Assembly (NCBI GenBank): GCA_035717985.1
Contig: DASTHW010000014.1
Location: forward strand, 17,691-81,690
Reading direction: 5' to 3'
Source of the DNA: Candidatus Saccharimonadales bacterium
GTDB lineage: Bacteria; Patescibacteriota; Saccharimonadia; Saccharimonadales; UBA10212
DNA length: 64,000 nucleotides
Of the stretch, positions 46,556 to 54,414 are shown piece by piece; position 1 is the stretch's first letter; each line of letters opens with the position of its first letter. A program made the position numbers and the translations under genes. The notes under the pieces are model-generated. The model saw only the letters and a program-made list of their open reading frames with translations, made no database searches and was not told the origin of the DNA.

Positions 46556-48564
46556 CCGATACGCCGGCTGAGCGGGCCGCGCGCTTGCGCGAGCTTATTA
46601 ACGATTACCGTTATAACTATCATGTCCTGAATAAATCAATCATGAGCGAGGCGGCGGCCGACAGCCTAAAGCACGAGCTTAGTCAGATTGAAGCCGAGTA
46701 CCCGGAGCTAATTACGCCGGATAGCCCCACCCAGCGGGTGGCCGGCGAGCCCCTGCCAGGTTTTAGCCAGATCCGCCACTCGGCTAGGATGCTGTCGCTT
46801 AACGACGTTTTTAATGAAGAAGAGTTTAGGGCCTGGGTGGCGCGCATAACTAAACTAGCCGGTACGGATAAGTTCGACTATTTTGTAGATTTAAAGATGG
46901 ACGGCCTAGCCTGTGCACTGGTTTATCAAGACGGCGTGCTGGCCCAAGGCATAACCCGGGGCGACGGCTTTACCGGCGAGGATGTGACCGCCAATATCCG
47001 GACTATTGAATCGGTGCCTCTCCGGCTACGCAGGGCTAAAGGCTATGAGGAATTTCTATCCGGCCGGACAGAAATTCGGGGTGAGATCATTATGTATAAA
47101 GACCAATTTGCCAGGCTGAATGAAGCGCGTGAGAAGCAGGGTCTACCCAAATTTGCCAACCCGCGTAATCTAGCGGCTGGCACCATCCGCCAGTTAGACC
47201 CCAGGCTGGTAGCCGCCCGGCCACTGCAGTTCCATGCCTATGATTTACTGCGGGAAGACCTGGCCGAGACGCCAACTAATGAATTTATATATAAAGCCCT
47301 GCGCGAGCTGGGTCTAATTGCTAATAGCCAAGCTAAAAGAATTGAAAGCGTAGCCGGTGTGCTGGATTTTGCCCGGCAATGGGAAGATAAGCGTAAAAAT
47401 CTAGCCTTTAATACGGACGGCCTGGTGGTAAAGGTAAATGACCGGCGAGCGCAGGCCCGGCTAGGCGTAGTCGGCAAAGCACCGCGCGGCGCCGTAGCTT
47501 ACAAATATCCGGCAGAGCAGGCTACAACTAAAGTTAAGGATATTTTTGTCAGCATTGGCCGCACCGGCTCGGCTACGCCAGTAGCTATGCTGGAACCGGT
47601 GGTTGTAGCCGGCAGTACCGTACAAATGGCCACGCTTCACAACGAGAGCGAAGTTCACCGCAAAGACATCCGCGTTGGCGATACGGTGATAGTCCAAAAA
47701 GCCGGCGATATTATCCCCGAGGTGGTTGAACCCCTGGTTAAGCTACGTGATGGCTCGGAAAAAAAATTTGTGATGCCGGCTCATTGTCCGGACTGCGGGA
47801 CTAAGTTAGTTAAAGCCAAAGCCGAAGAGGCGGTATGGAGGTGCCCGAATAATGCCTGCCCATCAAGGAGCTGGAAGCAAATCCAGCATTATGCCAGCAA
47901 GGAAGCACTGGATATAGACGGCTTGGGCGAAAAGAATGTCATTGCCTTACTAGCCGCCGGGCTAGTAAATGACAGCGCCGATTTATACAAACTTAAAAAA
48001 GAGGATGCGCTAAAGCTAGAGCGCTTTGCCGAAATTAGCGCCGGCAAATTAGTGGCGGCCATCCAGGCTAAGCGTCGGCCCACACTAGCTCGGTTCCTTT
48101 ATGGGCTGGGCATCCGGCATATCGGCGTACAGACGGCTATAGATTTAGCTAGTCATTTCCACTCTATAGATAAACTGGCGAAGGCTACCATTGACGAATT
48201 ATCAGAGGTAGAAGGCATTGGCGAGGTGGTGGCTGAGGCGGTGGTAGAATGGTTTGCCGAGCCGGCTAACCAAAAGTTGTTAGAAAAATTTGGCAGATAT
48301 GGTGTAGAGCCGGAGAAGGCGGAAGCTATTAGCGGGCCGCTGGCCGGCAAAAATTTTGTGGTTACCGGTTCACTGGAATCCATGAGCCGGGAGCAGGCGG
48401 CTGAGCGCATCCGGAATCGAGGCGGCACCTTTCAGTCCAGTGTCGGCAAAGAGACCGATTATTTAGTGGTGGGCGCTAACGTAGGTGCTGGTAAATTGGT
48501 CAAAGCCCAAAAGTTAGGCACCAAGCGGATTACAGAGGCAGAGCTGATAAAACTGCTGGATTAA
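46552..48564 (+). CDS. ligA: NAD-dependent DNA ligase
   Basis: Adenylation motif KMDGLA, OB fold, Cys4 zinc finger (CPDCGTKL...CPNNACP), HhH repeats, C-terminal BRCT. Confidence 0.97.
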   Translation: MTDTPAERAARLRELINDYRYNYHVLNKSIMSEAAADSLKHELSQIEAEYPELITPDSPTQRVAGEPLPGFSQIRHSARMLSLNDVFNEEEFRAWVARITKLAGTDKFDYFVDLKMDGLACALVYQDGVLAQGITRGDGFTGEDVTANIRTIESVPLRLRRAKGYEEFLSGRTEIRGEIIMYKDQFARLNEAREKQGLPKFANPRNLAAGTIRQLDPRLVAARPLQFHAYDLLREDLAETPTNEFIYKALRELGLIANSQAKRIESVAGVLDFARQWEDKRKNLAFNTDGLVVKVNDRRAQARLGVVGKAPRGAVAYKYPAEQATTKVKDIFVSIGRTGSATPVAMLEPVVVAGSTVQMATLHNESEVHRKDIRVGDTVIVQKAGDIIPEVVEPLVKLRDGSEKKFVMPAHCPDCGTKLVKAKAEEAVWRCPNNACPSRSWKQIQHYASKEALDIDGLGEKNVIALLAAGLVNDSADLYKLKKEDALKLERFAEISAGKLVAAIQAKRRPTLARFLYGLGIRHIGVQTAIDLASHFHSIDKLAKATIDELSEVEGIGEVVAEAVVEWFAEPANQKLLEKFGRYGVEPEKAEAISGPLAGKNFVVTGSLESMSREQAAERIRNRGGTFQSSVGKETDYLVVGANVGAGKLVKAQKLGTKRITEAELIKLLD

Positions 48565-48565
48565 T

Positions 48566-49222
48566 ATGAATAAGAAACAGATAATCGCAAAAACCAAAGA
48601 CTATGTGGAGCAAAAGTTTGCTAGCGACAGCAGTGGCCATGATTGGTGGCATATCTACCGGGTTTGGCGTCTGGCCAAGCATATTGCCGCTCAAGAAAAG
48701 AGCGCCGATCTTTTTATTGTCGAGCTAGCGGCTCTACTTCATGACATTGCGGACTGGAAATTTGCAGACGGAGATTTAGAAACCGGCCCAAAAGCGGCTA
48801 GGGCCTGGCTAGCTAGCCTTGAAGTAAACGAAAAAGTAATAACGGCCGTTGAAGATATCATCCGGAACGTGTCGTTTAAAGGTGCCAATGTTAAGAGCGA
48901 CTTGAAGACCATCGAAGGTCAAATTGTCCATGACGCCGACAAGCTGGACGCTATCGGCGCCATCGGTATCGCCAGATGTTTTGCCTTTGGCGGATCGGTG
49001 GGTAATAAAATGTATGACCCAGCCCAAAAACCGGTTCTTCATAGCTCCTTTGATGAATATAAAAAAATGGGATCTTCGTCTATAACCCACTTTTATGAAA
49101 AATTACTACTGCTAAAAGACCGGATGTTTACTGAAACCGGCCGGCAAATGGCCGTTAGCCGCCACGAATTTATGGAAAAATATCTGGAAGAATTCTACGG
49201 CGAGTGGGACGGCAAAATATGA
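48566..49222 (+). CDS. HD-domain phosphohydrolase
   Basis: H...HD (LLHDIADW) ... D (HDADKLDAIG) metal-binding pattern. Confidence 0.8.
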   Translation: MNKKQIIAKTKDYVEQKFASDSSGHDWWHIYRVWRLAKHIAAQEKSADLFIVELAALLHDIADWKFADGDLETGPKAARAWLASLEVNEKVITAVEDIIRNVSFKGANVKSDLKTIEGQIVHDADKLDAIGAIGIARCFAFGGSVGNKMYDPAQKPVLHSSFDEYKKMGSSSITHFYEKLLLLKDRMFTETGRQMAVSRHEFMEKYLEEFYGEWDGKI

Positions 49223-49300
49223 ATCCCGTTAGAACTAAGTATTTTATTAAAAATAAAATCTGCCGCTTTACTGTTTGCAGTAAAGCGGAGTTCTAACGGG

Positions 49301-49855
49301 ATGAACGTAACATTTATAACCGGTAATCCCAAGAAAGCAGAATTTTTGAAAAAGTATCTTGGCGTAGAGCTAAGTCATCAAAAGCTGGATTTGGATGAGC
49401 TCCAGTCATTATCTTTGCGCGAAATAACGGAGCATAAAGTTAAGCAAGCTTTTGAGCTTGTGCAGGGGCCAGTGCTGATAGAAGACATCGGCTTTTCAAT
49501 CATGGCCATGAGGAGGTTACCGGGACCGTTTATCAAATGGTTTATTGGCGAGATTGGCTTTGAGAAACTTTGCCGTCTAGCAGACGCCGACCCCTCGCGC
49601 CTGGCTGAAACATCAGTCTGCTATGCCTACTTTGACGGCGCTAGGCTGGAATTTTTTGAGGGAAGCCAAAAAGGCATCTTGCCAGACCACCCAAGAGGAG
49701 ACGATGGTTTTGGCTGGAATGGAATTTTTATACCAGAGGGTCAAGGGAAGACGATTGCCGAGATGGATGAGACGGAGATGGAGAAGTATTCTCTACGTAC
49801 CACCACAGTTTATCCGCAGATTAAAAAATTCCTGGCCACACTTGACAATAGCTGA
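49301..49855 (+). CDS. Non-canonical purine NTP pyrophosphatase (HAM1/RdgB family)
   Basis: FITGNPKKAEF N-terminus and DDGFGWNGIFIP near the C-terminus. Confidence 0.8.
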   Translation: MNVTFITGNPKKAEFLKKYLGVELSHQKLDLDELQSLSLREITEHKVKQAFELVQGPVLIEDIGFSIMAMRRLPGPFIKWFIGEIGFEKLCRLADADPSRLAETSVCYAYFDGARLEFFEGSQKGILPDHPRGDDGFGWNGIFIPEGQGKTIAEMDETEMEKYSLRTTTVYPQIKKFLATLDNS

Positions 49856-49879
49856 GCATAAGCGTGTAATAAGCATAAG

Positions 49880-50009
49880 CTTCGCGCACCAAGGAGCCCT
49901 TGAAATGCGCTAGCAAAAATAAAAACGCCCACCGTCTAAGGTTCGTCATATCGGATTTTGGATGCGAAAATAAAGCTTGCCCGGGCTCCTATGGGTGGGC
50001 TGCGCGAAG
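49880..50009. repeat. Structured intergenic element (E3) of the same inverted-repeat family
   Basis: CTTCGCGCACCAAGGAGCCC (49880-49899) pairs with GGGCTCCTATGGGTGGGCTGCGCGAAG (49983-50009). Confidence 0.55.
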
Positions 50010-50013
50010 AAGC

Positions 50014-50041
50014 AAAAGCTCGTCAAACTAGACGAGTTTTT
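50014..50041. terminator. Bidirectional rho-independent terminator
   Basis: AAAAGCTCGTC-AAACTA-GACGAGTTTTT has U-runs on both strands. It lies between a + strand gene and the - strand tRNA-Ala. Confidence 0.7.
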
Positions 50042-50074
50042 GTGATTTTAACGGGGCCGATATTAGTTCTGGAG

Positions 50075-50151
50075 TGGTGGAGATGGGGGGAGTTGAACCC
50101 CCGACCTCCGCAATGCGAATGCGGCGCTCTAGCCAACTGAGCTACATCCCC
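50075..50151 (-). tRNA. tRNA-Ala (CGC)
   Basis: Cloverleaf with anticodon loop TTCGCAT, G3:U70 identity pair, encoded CCA. Confidence 0.9.
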
Positions 50152-50198
50152 AACCTGTTAAATATATACCATGAACTTTATGTAGGATACCCTTACGT

Positions 50199-50215
50199 AT
50201 ACCCCACTGGGGTAT
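50199..50215 (+). promoter_or_regulatory. CsoR-type operator palindrome
   Basis: ATACCCC-ACT-GGGGTAT lies 15 nt upstream of the csoR-like start. Matches the GC-tract inverted repeats bound by CsoR-family repressors. Confidence 0.65.
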
Positions 50216-50229
50216 GTTAAAATATATTT

Positions 50230-50526
50230 ATGAATCAACGTTATGGGTACATAAAACATAAAAAGGATCTGCTAAGAAGGTTGGCCCGTATCGAGGGTCA
50301 GGTAAAGGGGGTAGCCCGAATGGTTGGTGAAGAACGCTACTGCATCGATATACTTACTCAAATTAGTGCTATCGAAATCGCGCTCCGGCCCGTAGGGCTT
50401 AAGGTTTTGGATGAACATATTAGAAGTTGTGTAACTGAAGCCCTTTCAGTCGACGATTCAAAAAAAGCCGAAATAAAAACAGAAGAACTGTTAAGGGCTG
50501 TTGAAAGGTTTGCCAAGATTAAGTGA
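50230..50526 (+). CDS. csoR: CsoR/RcnR-family metal-sensing transcriptional repressor
   Basis: RLARIEGQVKGVARMV...RYCIDILTQ...HIRSCV (x-C-H-C ligand pattern typical of Cu-sensing CsoR). Confidence 0.85.
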   Translation: MNQRYGYIKHKKDLLRRLARIEGQVKGVARMVGEERYCIDILTQISAIEIALRPVGLKVLDEHIRSCVTEALSVDDSKKAEIKTEELLRAVERFAKIK

Positions 50527-50960
50527 TTATGTTCAGCCTTGATACTCTTACCCGCCACGCCATAACCCATACTAGACATTGTCTGACGGGTTGCGGCATT
50601 GGCGAGGTTGCCGGTATGGCCATTGGTCAAAATTTATCAAACATCGTGCAAACTATCCTAGCTGTGGTATTGGCCTTTTTAGTTGGCTATGGCCTAACTT
50701 TTCGGGGTGCCAAGAAAAATCAAATGAGCACTAAAGATGCTGTGAAACTGGCTCTAGCCGTAGATACCGTCTCTATTGTCTCGATGGAAATTATTGATAA
50801 TGTTAGCGAGTGGCTAATCCCCGGTGCTATTAATGCCCGGCTTAGCCAAGCTTTATTTTGGTGGAGTTTGGCCGTTAGTCTGGCTATCGCCTTTATTGTT
50901 ACCGTGCCGGTTAACCGGTTTGTAATGAGTAAAGGGATTGGCCATCACGCCCACCACTAG
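50523..50960 (+). CDS. DUF4396-like membrane protein
   Basis: HCLTGCGIGEV N-terminal motif, 3-4 TM, His-rich C-terminus. 4-nt overlap with csoR. Confidence 0.7.
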   Translation: MIMFSLDTLTRHAITHTRHCLTGCGIGEVAGMAIGQNLSNIVQTILAVVLAFLVGYGLTFRGAKKNQMSTKDAVKLALAVDTVSIVSMEIIDNVSEWLIPGAINARLSQALFWWSLAVSLAIAFIVTVPVNRFVMSKGIGHHAHH

Positions 50961-51081
50961 ATTAACAGATGAAATTTGAGTATAATTTTTATCTGTCACT
51001 ATAACCAAACCTCAAAACTAGGCAGGTTGTTTGAAGTTTTGAGAGCTACGTCGTAGCCTTTAACAATTTTGATTCTGATAC

Positions 51082-51158
<77 letters not shown>

Positions 51159-51248
51159 TTTATTATTTTGACAACACTTTTAAACATATGATCTTTGTTT
51201 TTGCCTCGACAATTGTGCTATAGTCGACAGAGATCCTCTAACACATAC

Positions 51249-51446
51249 ATGCAGAATTTCATTTTAATCGGCTCGGCTATCTTTTGCTTCTTGCACAGTT
51301 ACCGTGATTGGCTTCATTCTAAGAAGAATTTTAATAGCTGGTTTACCAGAGTCGGCCACTATTGGGACGCGCCCCAGTATGAGATTCATGGTATGATTTT
51401 CTTTTTCATTGCCGGCTGTATCCTACTGGCCGTAGCTATTAGCTGA
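51249..51446 (+). CDS. Hypothetical small membrane protein
   Basis: Two hydrophobic helices. Start ambiguous (TTG 51195 or ATG 51249). Confidence 0.4.
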   Translation: MQNFILIGSAIFCFLHSYRDWLHSKKNFNSWFTRVGHYWDAPQYEIHGMIFFFIAGCILLAVAIS

Positions 51447-51460
51447 TATATTAATTTTAA

Positions 51461-52141
51461 ATGAGACTAAACGCCTATTTGGCCAGGGCGGGGTTGGCGT
51501 CGCGCCGCGGCGCCGACGCTTTAATTAAAGCCGGCAAGGTGACAGTTAATGGCCACCAAGGCCAACTTAACGATCAAGTAACCGACGATGATGAGATTAA
51601 GATAGACGGACGACTGGTTCAGGAGCAAAAGCCGCGCTATATACTGCTTTATAAACCGGCTGGCTATGTAAGCACGCTGGCCGATCCGCAGGGCAGGCCC
51701 AAGGTAACCGACTTAATTGATATATCTGAGCGGGTGGCGCCGGTAGGGCGGCTGGACTTTAATACCACCGGGGCACTGCTCTTAACTAACGACGGTCAGC
51801 TGGCCCACAAACTAGCGCACCCCAGCTTTGAAATTGACAAGGTTTATGAAGCCAAAGTGCGCGGTAAAATTACTCCAGAAATACTTAACAAGTTAAGTAT
51901 CGGTGTAGAGTTTGACGGCAGAGTGTCGGCGCCGGCCAAAGCTAAAGCCCTACCTGACAATGTAGTAGAGCTGACTATTCATGAAGGCAAAAAGCATCAG
52001 GTCAAAAAAATGCTAGCGGCTGTGGGTCTACCGGTAGTAAAACTGCGCCGCACCAAATACGGCCCGCTAACACTAGCTGGCTTAAAGCCGGGGCAGTGGC
52101 GAGAGCTGTCGCCCGGTGAAATCTCTAACCTGCTACAATAA
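51461..52141 (+). CDS. Pseudouridine synthase, RsuA/RluB family
   Basis: N-terminal S4 domain (RLNAYLARAGLASRRGAD) and catalytic GRLDFNTTG motif. Confidence 0.9.
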   Translation: MRLNAYLARAGLASRRGADALIKAGKVTVNGHQGQLNDQVTDDDEIKIDGRLVQEQKPRYILLYKPAGYVSTLADPQGRPKVTDLIDISERVAPVGRLDFNTTGALLLTNDGQLAHKLAHPSFEIDKVYEAKVRGKITPEILNKLSIGVEFDGRVSAPAKAKALPDNVVELTIHEGKKHQVKKMLAAVGLPVVKLRRTKYGPLTLAGLKPGQWRELSPGEISNLLQ

Positions 52142-52147
52142 CCGGTA

Positions 52148-53110
52148 ATGGCAAAAAAACCTAAAGCCGTCACGCCCAGCCGGAGGCCGGCTAGGGCCGG
52201 CAGTCTTACGCCGGCCTCGGAGAAACTACAGATAACTGTGCGTCAGCGGTTGTTAACCAAAAAGCTTTTTATGATCGGCGGAATCTTTGCGGCCGTATTG
52301 GTTATTTGTCTAGTCGCCGTCTTTTTATTCTATAAAGTTTATGCTGACCCGCAGACCGTCTTTTGGAGTATGATTAGGAATAACCTTACCACCAATGGGG
52401 TGACCAGAGAGTCAATCACCAAAAGCCAGGGAGTGACCACTGATGAGATCCTGCAAACCGTCTACTCACCGGATATTAAACTGCGCGATATCAAAACCGT
52501 CGCCAACAGCTCTCAGCACACTTCGCTAACGCTAGAGACTATCGGCACCGAAAATGGCGACTACCAGCACTACCGCCAAATTAAAAAGCCCGGCGGTGAC
52601 AATGCCAAATACCAAAAAATCTACAGCCTATGGTTAAAAAACGGCGGGGCGGGCGGTGTACCGCAGTCGGTTAATGACTCACTGTTCGGCGCTGTTTTAT
52701 TTGGCAATCTCGACGAGGCCCAGCGGACAAAGCTAATGCCGCTTTTAAAAAATTCTTACAAGGTTAACTTTGCCGGAGTAGATACGGCGCATGCCGGCTC
52801 AAGAAGAGTTTATATCTACCGCGCAGTCTTATCTTTGAAAAAATACGCACTCGCGGCCCAGGCCTATGCTAAAGCCGAAGGTCTAGGCGCCGCCAGCCTT
52901 ATCAACCCAGCTGACTACGGCGACAATGACCAGTTAAACATCACCTTGACCGTAGATGTGCTGAGCCGGCAGGTTAGACGGATAGATTATCCGGCACGAG
53001 GCTTGAGCCAAAAATATAGCGGCTATGGCCTTCAGGCCAATATCCAGCCGCCGGCTCATACCGTAAATGCTGGGCAGTTTGAAAACGTGGTTAACTCTGT
53101 CCTTCGGTAG
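52148..53110 (+). CDS. Hypothetical membrane-anchored protein
   Basis: Basic N-terminus, one TM helix, about 250-aa extracytoplasmic domain. Confidence 0.55.
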   Translation: MAKKPKAVTPSRRPARAGSLTPASEKLQITVRQRLLTKKLFMIGGIFAAVLVICLVAVFLFYKVYADPQTVFWSMIRNNLTTNGVTRESITKSQGVTTDEILQTVYSPDIKLRDIKTVANSSQHTSLTLETIGTENGDYQHYRQIKKPGGDNAKYQKIYSLWLKNGGAGGVPQSVNDSLFGAVLFGNLDEAQRTKLMPLLKNSYKVNFAGVDTAHAGSRRVYIYRAVLSLKKYALAAQAYAKAEGLGAASLINPADYGDNDQLNITLTVDVLSRQVRRIDYPARGLSQKYSGYGLQANIQPPAHTVNAGQFENVVNSVLR

Positions 53111-53135
53111 TTTTTCCTTGTATATTTAGCTATAA

Positions 53136-54410
53136 GTGAAGACTTTTGCTAAGCAATTTATAGCCGCTATCCTTGGTTGGCAGATACGCCGCTTACGGGC
53201 CCGCCATAATTTTAAAGTTGTGGCTGTAGCTGGCAGTGTGGGCAAGACCAGCACCAAGCTGGCCATAGCTAGCGTACTAGCTAAATCGCGGCCGGTCCGT
53301 TATCAATTCGGCAATTACAACGATATTGTCAGCGTACCCTTAATCTTTTTTGGTGAGCAATTACCTAATATTTTTAATCCTTTGGCCTGGCTGGCAATTT
53401 TCGCCAAAAACGAGATCAAAATCCGGCGACGCTATCCGTACGAAATTGTAGTTATCGAGGTTGGCACGGACGGCCCCGGCCAAATTGAGCAGTTTAAAAA
53501 ATATCTTCACATCGATATCGGTGTAATTACGGCCATTACGCCCGAGCACATGCAGTTTTTTGCCGACATGACAGCCGTAGCCCAAGAGGAACTGGCTTTA
53601 GCCGGCTTTGCCGGCCAGCTTCTCATTAATGCCGACCTAACAGACGGTAAATATTTAAAGCAGGTGCCAAAGGCGGTTACCTACGGCGTTAATCAGCCGG
53701 CTGATTATCGTTTAAATTCGGTCAGCTTCAAAGGCGATTCGGCTAGTTTTAGCATTTTGCGGCAGGGACGGCCCTTACTGCATTCGTCTCATCAAAAAAT
53801 TAGCGAGCCCCAGCTTTATTCAGTTTTAGCCGCCGCGGCCGTGGCTGATGAGCTTGGAGCTAACGCTGGCTCCATTGATGAGGGAATTAGAAATATCCCG
53901 CCGGTCAGCGGCCGCATGCAGTTTTTAGAAGGGCTGAATGATTCGACGATAATTGACGACACTTATAACGCCAGCCCCGAGGCTATGCGGGCGGCGCTGG
54001 ATAGCCTTTACCGTATGGACGCCAGCCAAAAAATTGCCATTTTGGGCAATATGAATGAGCTAGGTCACTTTTCCGTGCCAGAGCACCGGGCGGTTGGCGA
54101 ATACTGCGACCCGGGCAAGCTGGATCTGGTTATCACTATCGGGCCGGAGGCTAATAAATACTTGGCCTCGGCGGCCGGCGGCAAAGGCTGTGAGGTTAAA
54201 ACTTTCACCGACCCCTACTCAGCCGGTCAGTTTGTTAAAACCAAGCTTAAGCCCGGCACGTTAGTGCTGGCTAAAGGCTCGCAAAACAAAGTTTTTGCCG
54301 AGGAGGCCGTAAAACTTTTACTGAAAGACCCAGCCGACGCCGCTAAATTAGTCCGCCAAAGCCCCAGCTGGCTGAAAACCAAACGTCGGGCTTTCTCTGT
54401 TAAAATATAG
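53136..54410 (+). CDS. murF: UDP-N-acetylmuramoyl-tripeptide--D-alanyl-D-alanine ligase
   Basis: Mur ligase P-loop AGSVGKTSTK, DDTYNASP motif, MurF-like C-terminal domain. GTG start. Confidence 0.85.
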   Translation: MKTFAKQFIAAILGWQIRRLRARHNFKVVAVAGSVGKTSTKLAIASVLAKSRPVRYQFGNYNDIVSVPLIFFGEQLPNIFNPLAWLAIFAKNEIKIRRRYPYEIVVIEVGTDGPGQIEQFKKYLHIDIGVITAITPEHMQFFADMTAVAQEELALAGFAGQLLINADLTDGKYLKQVPKAVTYGVNQPADYRLNSVSFKGDSASFSILRQGRPLLHSSHQKISEPQLYSVLAAAAVADELGANAGSIDEGIRNIPPVSGRMQFLEGLNDSTIIDDTYNASPEAMRAALDSLYRMDASQKIAILGNMNELGHFSVPEHRAVGEYCDPGKLDLVITIGPEANKYLASAAGGKGCEVKTFTDPYSAGQFVKTKLKPGTLVLAKGSQNKVFAEEAVKLLLKDPADAAKLVRQSPSWLKTKRRAFSVKI

Positions 54411-54414
54411 TTTA

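Noticed and set aside
49958-50140. 60-aa + strand ORF
   Set aside because: It spans repeat element E3, a terminator and the antisense of tRNA-Ala(CGC).
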